Below are positions 39,750 to 49,373 of a stretch of 64,000 nucleotides of DNA, piece by piece. The notes below the pieces were generated by a model. The model was given only the letters and a program-made list of their open reading frames with translations, was not told where the DNA came from and searched no databases. This DNA comes from Bacillota bacterium (lineage in GTDB: Bacteria; Bacillota; Clostridia; Christensenellales; Aristaeellaceae). The stretch is taken from the NCBI GenBank assembly GCA_029548395.1, contig JAKPNM010000005.1:815-64814 (forward strand), given 5' to 3'. The translations under genes and the position numbers were made by a program. Position 1 is the stretch's first letter, and each line of letters opens with the position of its first letter.

Positions 39750-40807
39750 GCCGTGTGGTGGTGGGCATGTCCGGCGGGGTGGATTCCGCCGTGAGCGCCC
39801 TGCTGCTTAAACAGCAGGGATTTGATGTCATCGGCGTGTTCATGAACAATTGGGAAGAAAAGGATGAGCACGGGGTCTGCACTTCACAGGCTGACTGGCA
39901 GGATGTCCAGGAAAGCTGTGAGATCATCGGCATCCCTTATTATTCGGTCAATTTTGCCCGTGAGTACGAGGAGCGTGTCTTCTCCCACTTCCTGGCCGAA
40001 TACCGCGCCGGGCGCACGCCCAACCCGGATGTGCTGTGCAACCGCGAAATCAAGTTCAGAGCCTTTCTGGATTATGCGCTGAAGATCGGCGCGCAGCACA
40101 TGGCGACCGGTCATTTTGTCAGGACGGACGCCCGGGGCCGCTTGCTGCGCGGAAGCGACCCGGACAAGGAGCAAAGCTATTTCCTGTACATGCTCAAGCG
40201 GCATCAGCTGAAAAGGAGCCTCTTCCCTGTGGGCGCGCTGCGCAAGGCTGAGGTGCGCGCCATTGCGGCGCAAGCCGGCCTGCCGGTGTCCGGGAAGAAG
40301 GATTCCACCGGCATCTGCTTTATCGGCGAGCGGCGTTTCAAAACCTTTCTGCAAAATTATCTGCCTGCCCAAACAGGTGATATTGTCTCGGATGCCGGAG
40401 AGGTGCTGGGACGGCACGACGGGCTGATGTACTATACCATCGGCCAGCGCAGGGGCCTGGGCATCGGCGGGCATGGCGACGGGCGCAGCTGGTTTGTTTC
40501 CGGCAAAGACCTGGACAACAACCGTCTGCTGGTGGTGCAGGGGGAAGATCATCCGGCGCTTTTCCGCCGCAGCGCGGCGCTGGAGCAGATCACCTGGGTG
40601 GGGGAGCCGGCAGGACCGGCCGGCGCATCCATCCCGCTGACGGTAAAGCTGCGCTACCGTCAGGCTGATCAGCCCGCTTGTTTACGTTATGATGGCGAGC
40701 AGGGCGAACTGCGGTTCGACAGCCCTCAGCGCGCTGTCACCCCGGGTCAAAGCGCTGTCTTTTATCAGGGTGAAGTCTGCCTGGGCGGCGGGATCGTGGT
40801 GGAATGA
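39746..40807 (+). CDS. mnmA: tRNA 2-thiouridine(34) synthase
   Basis: 353 aa. PP-loop [13 protein letters not shown], ...NPDVLCN.EIKF..., DQSYFL. ATGA overlap with tmk. Confidence 0.9.
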   Translation: MSRVVVGMSGGVDSAVSALLLKQQGFDVIGVFMNNWEEKDEHGVCTSQADWQDVQESCEIIGIPYYSVNFAREYEERVFSHFLAEYRAGRTPNPDVLCNREIKFRAFLDYALKIGAQHMATGHFVRTDARGRLLRGSDPDKEQSYFLYMLKRHQLKRSLFPVGALRKAEVRAIAAQAGLPVSGKKDSTGICFIGERRFKTFLQNYLPAQTGDIVSDAGEVLGRHDGLMYYTIGQRRGLGIGGHGDGRSWFVSGKDLDNNRLLVVQGEDHPALFRRSAALEQITWVGEPAGPAGASIPLTVKLRYRQADQPACLRYDGEQGELRFDSPQRAVTPGQSAVFYQGEVCLGGGIVVE

Positions 40808-40845
40808 TAAATGCATCAATGACTTTGATCCGGTCAGGCCAAGAA

Positions 40846-42300
40846 TTATAAGGCCAGCAGGTCGGCCTGAGCCCTGGTGACATAATCGACAAACCGGCCG
40901 TTCACGCGCACCGCGTAGTGCAGCGCGTCATAGGGGAAGAGGGCAAGCTCCCAGGCCAGGCGCTCACCGGTATAAAGCAGGTAGCGGCGCACCGGGGTCT
41001 TTTCAGCTGCTTGAAAACCCTCGCGCACCCGCCCGGCGCGGCGCAGGTTCATCAGCTGAAGATAGCCGCGCAAAAAGGTATCCCGGTCGTATTCCTGCGC
41101 GTTTTTGGTGATATAGGGCTCAAACAGGATGTTGCCCTGTGCGTCCCGGCCAATCTGATTGTTCGGAAGGACCTGCTCCACCATTTCGATCCGGTACTCC
41201 CGCGAGTCCCTGCCTTCCTCAACATGCAGGGCGCTCAAACGGTTGACCGGCAGGGTCACCGGGGCGTCCGACAACAGCTCTGACAGCGCGGCATCCCGCA
41301 AAAAGCCCATGGAGGCGTTGCTGGCCTGGTAGATCTTGCCTTCATACAGACAATACAGACCGATCTTATCGATGTCATTACCCAGCGCAATGCGCAGCTG
41401 CTGCGCGTCCACCTGCCGGGTCCGGGCAGGCAGGCCTTCCTCGTCATAGGCGGTGATCGTGCTGGGCGAAAGCAGCAGGGTCACCGTTCTTGCGGGTGGA
41501 TCCAGGCCGGTATCCCTCAGCGCCTGCGGGGTGGCTTCGCTGTGGTAGAGGGCAAAACGCATCCTGGAAATATTGCTCAGCAGGCGGCTGACCTGCTCCG
41601 GCTGCGCGGGATAGGCAAAAGGCTCCACGATCTCCCACAGCCCCTCCTCCTGGCGCAGGCGCAGGGCGTCCCTGCCTTCAAAACGCACTTCGTCTACCAG
41701 CGCGCTGGTGATGTTGATCGCGGGCACCGGGTGCAGGGTGGCAAGCGTCCGGTCAAAATGCTCCCGGGTTTCAGGCGATACGGTATAGACCCGGTCGCTG
41801 CCCAGGAGCATCAGGTAATCCGAGGGGATTTCTGTCATCGCGCTGTCGCCCATGATCAGGGTGATCTGGCTGCCGTCAGCGTACTCGGCCGTCACGCGCG
41901 CAGCGCGCGCGCCCAGGCCCAGGGCGTCCAGCGCCTCATCCGTCATTTCCACCCGGCCGGCCTCCTCGTTGGCGTCCAGCACCGTCAAGTCGCGGACCAT
42001 CAGCTGAAGCTGCGCCGGGTCCAGCGGGTAATCCGGCTGTCCCTCCACGGAGTAATGCCCCTCAGGGCCCTGTATCAGGGCAAACCTGTCCCCCTGCGAG
42101 GAGACCACCTCAAAGCGCGCCAGCTCGCTTTCTTCCCTGCGAATCAGGATGACGCGCTCCTCAGGCGCGGTTTCCGGGAGCGGTACGGGGCGGTTGAGCC
42201 GCGTCGCATACCAGGCCAATATGGACGCCAGAGCCATCAGCAGGACAATCACAGTTGTTTTTCCCCGCCCGGGCTGACGGGTCTTGCGCACAGGCTGCAT
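40846..42300 (-). CDS. DUF4340-like membrane-anchored protein
   Basis: 484 aa with one N-terminal TM segment. It is the last gene of the ABC/GldG-like module (TGATG overlap). The family call rests on gene context and overall architecture as I remember them. Confidence 0.5.
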   Translation of the reverse strand: MQPVRKTRQPGRGKTTVIVLLMALASILAWYATRLNRPVPLPETAPEERVILIRREESELARFEVVSSQGDRFALIQGPEGHYSVEGQPDYPLDPAQLQLMVRDLTVLDANEEAGRVEMTDEALDALGLGARAARVTAEYADGSQITLIMGDSAMTEIPSDYLMLLGSDRVYTVSPETREHFDRTLATLHPVPAINITSALVDEVRFEGRDALRLRQEEGLWEIVEPFAYPAQPEQVSRLLSNISRMRFALYHSEATPQALRDTGLDPPARTVTLLLSPSTITAYDEEGLPARTRQVDAQQLRIALGNDIDKIGLYCLYEGKIYQASNASMGFLRDAALSELLSDAPVTLPVNRLSALHVEEGRDSREYRIEMVEQVLPNNQIGRDAQGNILFEPYITKNAQEYDRDTFLRGYLQLMNLRRAGRVREGFQAAEKTPVRRYLLYTGERLAWELALFPYDALHYAVRVNGRFVDYVTRAQADLLAL

Positions 42301-43736
42301 CAGCGCCGCCGCCTTTTGATGAGCACAGGCAGAGCCAGCGCGATGCTTGCCAATGGCAGTGCGATCAGCACGGCGTTCACCACCCAGGGATGGGGGATGC
42401 TCAGCTGCTCGCGGACCAGCGCTTTGGGCGCGATATCCAGCCTGACGGGCTGCTGCGTGCTCAGGTGGTTGACCAGATGCAGCAGGAACTGCGCCCCATA
42501 GGTGACCTCATGCAGCCAGCTGTCCACCAAAATGGCCGAGTTCCCGATGATCATCGCGCGCGCCCGCGTGCCATCCGGAAAGGCGTAGTCGCTTAACAGG
42601 GACAGGTAAAACTGCCCCTCCTCCTCGCCCTGCTCATGCGCCAGGCTGACTTCGGCGCGCGCGACCGGCTTGAGATAGGCCAGGCCGCTGGTCAGCAGCG
42701 GGTCCACGATCGTGCTGTCCGTCTGCGCGGCGATGTCAAAAGCCCGCGCGCCGGGCAGGCGCAGGCGCACCTGCCCGGCGCCTATCAGGGCTGCCGTGGG
42801 TTCGGTCATGTTCATATAGGGGGTCAGGAACAGCGGGTTGTCAATGTAAGCGTTGACATCAGCGCCTTCGGCGACCACGATGCCGCTTTTGCGCTCAAAG
42901 CCCATCTGTCGGTAGAGCGCGTCAAAATTGGGCAGGCTGTCCGGGTCGTTGTAGTCGCTGGTAATCAGCGCATTTCCTCCCGCCGCGGTGAAGGCGTGGA
43001 TGCTGGCCAGTTCGCTGTCGAGCAGATCCCGCTGCGGGGAAAGGATCATCAGCAGTTCATCAGGCTCCAGCGTCCCGCCTGCCAACAGGTTGACACGGCT
43101 GACCTCGAAATGATGGCTTTTTAAGAAGCTCTCCATATACGCGGTATCGTTCGCGGTCAACTCGCCATGGCCGTCCAGGATGCGGATGCGCGGCACGCTG
43201 TCCATCGTCAGGTAGAGCAGGGCTTCCACGATGCTCTTTTCGTAGGACAGTCCGGTCAATGCGAAGCTCTGGCTTTGGATATCAAACTCCTGGGAAAGGT
43301 AGTCATACGCGCTGAGAACGCGAGTGCGTCCGGTATGTTCGCATTGCAGCACCAGACAATCCGCACTGACCTGCTCATCCTCAAGTGAACTGGACAGGGT
43401 GTTTACCAGCAGCGGATCGCGGACCAGGCTGGTTTGCACATAAGAGAACTTGTCCGTCAGCGAAGCCAGTCGGTCCAGCAGGCCCAGCAGGGCCTGGTCC
43501 TCCATGCCGGGGGTAGCCAGCGAATAGGCCTTGACCGGGTAGGGCAGGGAACGCATCACCCGCGTGGTATGCTCGGACTGGGTGGTCACAGCGTTGAATG
43601 AAAAGTCCAGCCGCAGGGCATACCGGCGCTCCACCCGGTCGGCCAGTGAAACGGTCACAACGCTGATCATCAGGATGCACAGGCAAATGATCACTGGCAG
43701 CAGGCGACGTTTTGACGTGTCAAGCAGCCTGTTCAT
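42300..43736 (-). CDS. GldG-like ABC-transporter auxiliary protein ('ABC-type uncharacterized transport system')
   Basis: 478 aa with N- and C-terminal TM anchors flanking a large extracytoplasmic domain. ATGA overlap with the ABC-2 permease. Confidence 0.55.
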   Translation of the reverse strand: MNRLLDTSKRRLLPVIICLCILMISVVTVSLADRVERRYALRLDFSFNAVTTQSEHTTRVMRSLPYPVKAYSLATPGMEDQALLGLLDRLASLTDKFSYVQTSLVRDPLLVNTLSSSLEDEQVSADCLVLQCEHTGRTRVLSAYDYLSQEFDIQSQSFALTGLSYEKSIVEALLYLTMDSVPRIRILDGHGELTANDTAYMESFLKSHHFEVSRVNLLAGGTLEPDELLMILSPQRDLLDSELASIHAFTAAGGNALITSDYNDPDSLPNFDALYRQMGFERKSGIVVAEGADVNAYIDNPLFLTPYMNMTEPTAALIGAGQVRLRLPGARAFDIAAQTDSTIVDPLLTSGLAYLKPVARAEVSLAHEQGEEEGQFYLSLLSDYAFPDGTRARAMIIGNSAILVDSWLHEVTYGAQFLLHLVNHLSTQQPVRLDIAPKALVREQLSIPHPWVVNAVLIALPLASIALALPVLIKRRRR

Positions 43737-44446
43737 CGCTCCCGCGCCCTTTCAAGCTTTAACATCGTGATGGAAACGGCAAGCATGCTGATACAGAACA
43801 TCAGGTAAAACAATATATTTGCCGGGCTGAGCTGTGCGGAGAGGAAAGGAATGAAGCGCTCATACAGGCTGAAAAAAGCGATGCCCCGGGTCAGGGCGGC
43901 CGGCATCGCGGCGCTGCTGGTCATCAGGCTCATCAGCCAGACAAACAGGTTGACGCCAAAGGCCAGCGCCGCAGCAGAAAAGGTGTTTCTGACCGTGCTG
44001 GTCACCATCAAGTCCAGGGCAATGAAGGCGCAGCCCTGCAGAAGAAAGCCCAGGATGCCGCTGAGCACCTCCATGGGATACACCCGCGCGCAGGCGGACA
44101 TCAGCAGGGGATAGGCCAGGCTGAGCGTTACAGCTATCAGCATGACGGTACAGGCAGCCAGGTATTTGCCTGTCACCAGTGATGCAATGCTCAGGGGGGC
44201 GGACTGCAGCAGCTTGTCGGTCATGCCCCGGCGTTCCCCGGCCATCAGCCGCATCACCAGGATGGGGGTCAGCAGCATCCATACATAGCTCATCATGCTC
44301 AAAAAAGCTGAAAAATCGCTGCTGCGGGGCAGAATGTTGTTCAGATAGAACAGCAGTCCGGCCAGGCTTAAAAAAACCGTGATAAACAGCCAGCCGGTGG
44401 GCGTGTAGAAATAAGAGCGCAGCTCCTTGTGGTAGACAGCCCTCAC
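43733..44446 (-). CDS. ABC-2 family permease (GldF-like)
   Basis: GTG at 44446 overlaps the ATPase stop (GTGA). VRAVYHKELRSYFYTPTGW... is a typical ABC-2 N-terminus. About 237 aa with six TM segments. The longer listed ORF overlaps the ATPase gene. Confidence 0.7.
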   Translation of the reverse strand: MRAVYHKELRSYFYTPTGWLFITVFLSLAGLLFYLNNILPRSSDFSAFLSMMSYVWMLLTPILVMRLMAGERRGMTDKLLQSAPLSIASLVTGKYLAACTVMLIAVTLSLAYPLLMSACARVYPMEVLSGILGFLLQGCAFIALDLMVTSTVRNTFSAAALAFGVNLFVWLMSLMTSSAAMPAALTRGIAFFSLYERFIPFLSAQLSPANILFYLMFCISMLAVSITMLKLERARER

Positions 44447-45375
44447 TCTTTGCCCTCCTCTCCGCCGGTGGCCTGCAGGAAGAGGGTTTCCAGCGTATCC
44501 CTCAGCGGGGTAAGCTCCAAGACAGGCGCGCCCATCGCGCTGAGCAAATGGAACAGCTGCTTGGCAAAGGTTTCGTCCGGCTTGGTTTCCACCACCAGGC
44601 GTGTCCGCCCGGCTGTTGTGTTTTCCTGGCACACACGGCACACGCTGCTCAGCTGGCGGATGGGGGAGAGCAGCCGTTCCGGCTCGCCCTGAATCACCAC
44701 GCGGTAGCGATTGCTCTGCGCCGCCTGGCGCAGGTCGTGGTCCACCAGCAGGCGCCCCCGATGGATGACCAGTACGCGGTCGCAGACCTCCTGCACCTCA
44801 TGAAGCAGGTGAGAAGAAAACACAATGGTCTTACCCTTGGCAAGGGTGCGGATCAGCTTGCGGAAAGCCACGGCCTGGGCCGGATCAAAACCGGCGGTCG
44901 GCTCATCCAGCAAAAGGACCTCCGGATCGCCGCAAAGGGCCTGGGCCAGACCGGTCCGCTGGCGGAAGCCTTTGGACAGCTGTCCGATCAGGCGGTGCTG
45001 CATCGGCATCAGGCCGGTCAAACCGATGATCTCATCCAGATGGCGCTTTTCATCTGCCCGTACTACGCCCTTGATGCGGCAGCAAAACTGCAGGTATTCC
45101 CGCACCGTCAGTTCAGGATAGACCGGGGGTACCTCGCTGAGGTAGCCCAGGGCACGCCGTGCCGCAAAGGGTGAACGGACAAGATCATGACCTGCGATGA
45201 GCACCCGGCCTTCACTGGGCGCCAGGCAGCCGGCCATTACATTCATCAGCGTGGTCTTTCCGGCGCCATTTTGACCCAGCAGGCCAATGACCTCGCCGCT
45301 GCCCGCGGTAAAGCTGACGCCGCTCAGGGCTAAAAAGCGCCCATACTTCCTGCTGACTGCCTCCGCGCGAACCAA
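44443..45375 (-). CDS. ABC transporter ATP-binding protein (GldA-like)
   Basis: TTG at 45375 lies 6 nt after AAGGAGG. GQNGAGKTT, LSKGFRQR, LLLDEPTAGFD. About 310 aa. Confidence 0.8.
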   Translation of the reverse strand: MVRAEAVSRKYGRFLALSGVSFTAGSGEVIGLLGQNGAGKTTLMNVMAGCLAPSEGRVLIAGHDLVRSPFAARRALGYLSEVPPVYPELTVREYLQFCCRIKGVVRADEKRHLDEIIGLTGLMPMQHRLIGQLSKGFRQRTGLAQALCGDPEVLLLDEPTAGFDPAQAVAFRKLIRTLAKGKTIVFSSHLLHEVQEVCDRVLVIHRGRLLVDHDLRQAAQSNRYRVVIQGEPERLLSPIRQLSSVCRVCQENTTAGRTRLVVETKPDETFAKQLFHLLSAMGAPVLELTPLRDTLETLFLQATGGEEGKE

Positions 45376-45457
45376 GAGAAACCTCCTTATAACCAATGAA
45401 ACCAGTATAACATGAAGCGCGCGGGCGTCCGTGAACAATCTGTGAAAACACCTGTTC

Positions 45458-45486
45458 TTGTCCGGTCGGGCAAGGCATGGTAAAAT
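45458..45486 (+). promoter_or_regulatory. Putative promoter of the 45513 gene
   Basis: TTGTCC, 17-nt spacer, TAAAAT with an upstream TGg (extended -10). Confidence 0.45.
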
Positions 45487-45512
45487 AAACCATCCCACAA
45501 AGGAGAGGTGAC

Positions 45513-46004
45513 ATGAACAGCTACCGTTTCCGTCCCAGACCCAGTTTCCAGGCTTCCTATGGGACCAGGAGCCAGCAGCGACTGCTGCTGGCAGCGCTCG
45601 TCATTTTTCTGGTCGCCAGTCTGGTGTTGGGTTTTTTATACACCCGTACGGTCGTTTATCGCAACAAGGCTGAAGCCACCATGAACGCCCGCCTCAACAG
45701 CAACCTGGTGGACGCCATCAGCCAGGTCAGCCGCATGGCGGGGGGAGTGCAGTCCAATTCCGCCATTAAATTGGGTCAGATTCGTCAGCACATCTACGCC
45801 ATGGATCAGGTCAACACCATCAGCATGTCCATCTCCGGTGAAGGCGGGCGCTTGATCCCCCAGGAGGCGATCAACGCGCTGTACAGCGTGCTGGAACGCT
45901 ATGAGGTGGCGGTGCAGACAGCGACCGGCAACACGCTGGAGTTGCGCACGCTGCTGCTGACGCACCTGATGTCCCTGCAGGAGCTGCTGGTTAATCAGGA
46001 TTGA
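45513..46004 (+). CDS. Hypothetical membrane-anchored protein
   Basis: 163 aa. AAAGGAGAGG RBS. One TM segment (LLLAALVIFLVASLVLGFLY). Confidence 0.5.
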   Translation: MNSYRFRPRPSFQASYGTRSQQRLLLAALVIFLVASLVLGFLYTRTVVYRNKAEATMNARLNSNLVDAISQVSRMAGGVQSNSAIKLGQIRQHIYAMDQVNTISMSISGEGGRLIPQEAINALYSVLERYEVAVQTATGNTLELRTLLLTHLMSLQELLVNQD

Positions 46005-46124
46005 CAAATGAAACGGTGTCCGCCGAGTTCAGGATACCGCCAAATGAATAGCATCAAGATCATTAAACCGCTGCGGCTTCCTTGCCTGATGACAAGGGTC
46101 TGTCTGACTGATGAGCAGATAGCA

Positions 46125-46973
46125 TTATCCAGCCAGGGTCCGGGTCAGCAGGCACACCGGCCAGCCTTGGCGCAGCGTTTCAGCGGCGTGCTGCGCGCTG
46201 CTCCAATCAGAAAACACACCGAACACCGCGCTGCCGCTGCCTGTCATCTGTGAGAAGGCCGCGCCGGCCGCGTACAGGGACGAGACTGCTTTTTCAATGT
46301 CAGGGCACAGCGCAGCAGCGCTTTTTTGAAGCTGGTTATGGCACACGGCTTTCAGCCGGGATGGGTCTCCTGTGCGCAAGGCGTGTTCCGCTCCGGGGAG
46401 GTCAGCCGTCCTGCTGTCCGGGGCAGCGTCATAGCGTGCAAAAACCTCCCGGGTAGCCAGGCCTGCCGCCGGCTGCAGCAACACCAGCTGATAGGCTTGC
46501 GCGCCTGAAAGGGGATGTATTTTTTCCCCGATACCGCCCACGCGCGCAAGGCCCGCGTGCAGGCACAGCGGTACGTCCGCGCCCAGCGCCATGCCGATGC
46601 GTGCCAGTTGTCCTGTGTCCAGTCCGGTGCCCCACATTGTATTGAGGCCCCGCAGGACGGCGGCGGCATCCGCGCTGCCGCCGCCCAGCCCTGCCCGGGA
46701 GGGGATATGCTTTGTGAGGACGATGTGCGCGCCATTCGGATAATCGGTGGCGGCTTTCAGCGCTGCCGCAGCCCGGAATGCCAGGTTGCTGCGATCCGCC
46801 GGCGCATCATGCGCCCCGTCAAGCGTCAGCGCCAGGTCCGCTTGCGGGATCAGTTCAATATCGTCTGCCAGTTCCAGGCGCTGCACGAGCATATCCAGCA
46901 GGTGGTATCCGTCCGCGCGTACGCCGGTGATGTGAAGCGCCCAGTTGATTTTAGCGTGGGCTTTCAACCGCAT
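46125..46973 (-). CDS. ispE: 4-(cytidine 5'-diphospho)-2-C-methyl-D-erythritol kinase
   Basis: From the ATG at 46973: MRLKAHAKINWALHITGVRADGYH.L, GHMP-kinase motif PSRAGLGGGSADAAA. About 282 aa. The longer listed ORF overlaps the kinase gene. Confidence 0.85.
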   Translation of the reverse strand: MRLKAHAKINWALHITGVRADGYHLLDMLVQRLELADDIELIPQADLALTLDGAHDAPADRSNLAFRAAAALKAATDYPNGAHIVLTKHIPSRAGLGGGSADAAAVLRGLNTMWGTGLDTGQLARIGMALGADVPLCLHAGLARVGGIGEKIHPLSGAQAYQLVLLQPAAGLATREVFARYDAAPDSRTADLPGAEHALRTGDPSRLKAVCHNQLQKSAAALCPDIEKAVSSLYAAGAAFSQMTGSGSAVFGVFSDWSSAQHAAETLRQGWPVCLLTRTLAG

Positions 46974-48453
46974 GCTGCCTCCCGCTGCCCTCCCGGGCGC
47001 TGTCCAGCGTAAAGCGGAAGGCGGCGCCTTCCTGTGTGGGCAGCAGCTGGATGCTCTGCCCGTGCCGCTCCAGGATGGCCTTGACGATGGCCAGGCCCAG
47101 GCCAACGCCCTCCCCGGGCGTATGGGATTGATCGGCCTTGTAAAAGCGGTCAAAAATCTTGCCCGCGTCCTCAGGCAGAATGCCCAGGCCGTTGTCTTTC
47201 ACAGTGACAGCCAGGGTTTTTTTGTTTTGTTCCTGTACGCTGATAGAGATCCGTCCGCCTGCGGGCGTGAAGCGGATGGCATTGTCCAGCAGGTTGATCA
47301 GCACCTGCTCCACCTGATCGCGCGCTCCCAGGGCGTGCATGTCATCCCTGTCAAAAGCGGTCACTACCTGGATGTTTTTTTCCTCCAGCTGCTGGATGCG
47401 CGTGATCAGGACCAGGCGGATGAGCTCGCACAGATTAAAGGGCGCCAGAGCCAGCGGCTTTTCCTGCGCCTCCGCGCGCGAGAGCGTCAGCAGACCCGAG
47501 ACCAGCTGACCCAAACGCTTGGTCTCATTGAGCACGATGCGAAGGATTTGTTTTTGATCCTCCGGTTTGACGGTATCATCCAGCAACCCCTGCACAAAGC
47601 CCTGGATGCTGGTCATGGGGGAGCGCAGCTCATGAGAGAGGTTGGCGATGAAGGCTTTGCGCGTTTCCTCAGTATCCTGGATTTGGCGCGACATCCGGTT
47701 AAAGGCGCTTGAAAGCTCATCCAATTCCAGGATGCCGCTGTCCTTCGCCGGCGGAGCGGGCAGGCCCCGGGCCATCAGCCCGGCGGAAGCCGCCATGCCC
47801 TTGAGCGGACGCACCAGGCGCCTGGTATAAAAGACAGCGATGGTTGCGCCCACCAAAAGGGTAAACAATGCAGCCAGTATGGCCTGCTGCCAGATCTGCG
47901 CGTAGGTGGCCTGGATATTTTGCGCGGCGGTCTGGATATAAACCGCGCCCACCACGCCGCCCAGTTGCTTCCAGGGAACCGCTACGGTAAACATCGGCCC
48001 GGTCGGCCCCTGGATTTGGGTGATGACCTCCTCGCCCTGCAGCACGCGCGCGAGCGTGCGCACCACCTCCTGGGAATCCCAGTGGCTGGCCAATTCCTGA
48101 TGCTGGTTGATGACCTGTGAATAGTATCCGGTCACACGGCCGCTGCGGTCCACCACCAGGCAGTAGGCCGCGTAATCCTCATATATTGCGCGCAGCTTGC
48201 GCTCCATCATCTGCCGCGTTGTGCTGCGGCCGGGCGTCAGCAGCTCAGCAATAGACCCCTCATTGAGGGAGCTGGCCAGATAGGCGATGTCATAGGCCTG
48301 CACCTTCAGCTCGTTGATGCGGCTGTCGATTTGCGCCTGACGCGAGGAGATGGCAAACACCACCAGCATCAGCAATACGCTCAGCAAAATAACCACGGCG
48401 AACATCATCATCAGCCGCGGAAAAATGCCTGATCTGCGTTTATTTGATTTCAA
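46951..48453 (-). CDS. Sensor histidine kinase (two TM segments, HAMP, HisKA, HATPase_c)
   Basis: 500 aa. H-box SHELRSPMTSI, N-box NLLDNAIRF, G-boxes. The TTG start overlaps the regulator's stop; the ATG cluster at MMMFAVV is an alternative start. Confidence 0.85.
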   Translation of the reverse strand: MKSNKRRSGIFPRLMMMFAVVILLSVLLMLVVFAISSRQAQIDSRINELKVQAYDIAYLASSLNEGSIAELLTPGRSTTRQMMERKLRAIYEDYAAYCLVVDRSGRVTGYYSQVINQHQELASHWDSQEVVRTLARVLQGEEVITQIQGPTGPMFTVAVPWKQLGGVVGAVYIQTAAQNIQATYAQIWQQAILAALFTLLVGATIAVFYTRRLVRPLKGMAASAGLMARGLPAPPAKDSGILELDELSSAFNRMSRQIQDTEETRKAFIANLSHELRSPMTSIQGFVQGLLDDTVKPEDQKQILRIVLNETKRLGQLVSGLLTLSRAEAQEKPLALAPFNLCELIRLVLITRIQQLEEKNIQVVTAFDRDDMHALGARDQVEQVLINLLDNAIRFTPAGGRISISVQEQNKKTLAVTVKDNGLGILPEDAGKIFDRFYKADQSHTPGEGVGLGLAIVKAILERHGQSIQLLPTQEGAAFRFTLDSAREGSGRQHAVESPR

Positions 48454-49126
48454 ATTTATACCCTACCGACCATACTGTGCGCAGCGCCCAGCCAAAGCGC
48501 TCGCTGTCAGGCAGCTTCTCGCGCAGGCGCTTGATGTGCACGTCCACCGTGCGGCTGTCGCCGAAATAATCAAAGCCCCATACCTTTTCCAGCAGCTGCT
48601 CGCGGGTAAACACCTGGTTTTGATGCAGTGCCAGGAAGTGCAGCAGCTCCAGCTCCTTGGGAGGCATTTGCACCGACCTGCCGTCATAGATCACTTCATA
48701 GCTGGTCAGGCTGACGGAAAGCCCGGGAAAACGCAGGGATTCATCCGCGCTGCCGGGCGCTGACGAGCGGCGCAGCACGGCTTTGATACGGGCGATCATC
48801 TCCCTGGGATCAAAGGGCTTGGTGATATAATCATCCGCGCCCAATTCCAGGCTTTTGACCTTGTCAAAGGTCTCCTCCTTGGCGCTGAGCATGATGATGG
48901 GCAGACGGCTTTCCTTGCGCACTTCCCGGCAGACCTCCCAGCCGTCTATGCCCGGCAGCATGATATCCAGCAGCATCAAGTCAGGCGCCTGCTGGCGAAA
49001 GGCGGCCAGCGCCTCGTCCCCGCGCAGGTATTGGCGCACCTCGTAACCCTCCTGCTCCAGATACATCCGGATAAGCTTGGAGATGTTGGCGTCATCATCC
49101 ACTACGTAGATGAGCGTGTTCACCAC
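48440..49126 (-). CDS. OmpR/PhoB-family response regulator
   Basis: Receiver domain (LIYVVDDD..., LLDIMLPG.DG) plus a winged-helix domain (...RTVDVHIKRLREKL...GYKF). I chose the GTG at 49126 (49123 is an alternative); the listed longer N-terminus has no receiver homology. Confidence 0.8.
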   Translation of the reverse strand: MVNTLIYVVDDDANISKLIRMYLEQEGYEVRQYLRGDEALAAFRQQAPDLMLLDIMLPGIDGWEVCREVRKESRLPIIMLSAKEETFDKVKSLELGADDYITKPFDPREMIARIKAVLRRSSAPGSADESLRFPGLSVSLTSYEVIYDGRSVQMPPKELELLHFLALHQNQVFTREQLLEKVWGFDYFGDSRTVDVHIKRLREKLPDSERFGWALRTVWSVGYKFEIK

Positions 49127-49373
49127 CGGCACCGCCTTTCTGTTCTTGCTGCTGCCATCATAACAGAAAACAACGGGTTGGAACAATGGCCGACGGGATT
49201 GATCCGGAGGTATATCAACCGCCTGATATCCGGATTTCGGCGAGTCCGGCAACAGCTCCGGAGCGTTTATTCAAAGACCGGACCATGCCCGGATCTCAGG
49301 ATGATCTTGAAGCTGTATGATCATGCTGCAGGGTTGTTTCCTGCTTGCGGATTTCATCACACAAGGCCTGGGC

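Noticed and set aside
40846-45375. Calling the ABC/GldG-like module a gliding-motility system.
   Set aside because: Only the transporter-like GldA/F/G analogues are present. None of the Bacteroidetes gliding or T9SS genes is in the window, and the genome has Firmicutes features. The name would reflect family nomenclature, not function.
49205-49240. Nested inverted repeat ATCCGGA-TATCA-N6-TGATA-N4-TCCGGAT between mutS2 and the response regulator, considered as a terminator or operator.
   Set aside because: Neither strand has a U-tract, so it is not a convincing intrinsic terminator. Without comparative data it cannot be told apart from a chance palindrome. It could still be the autoregulatory site of the downstream two-component system, but I cannot support that from sequence.
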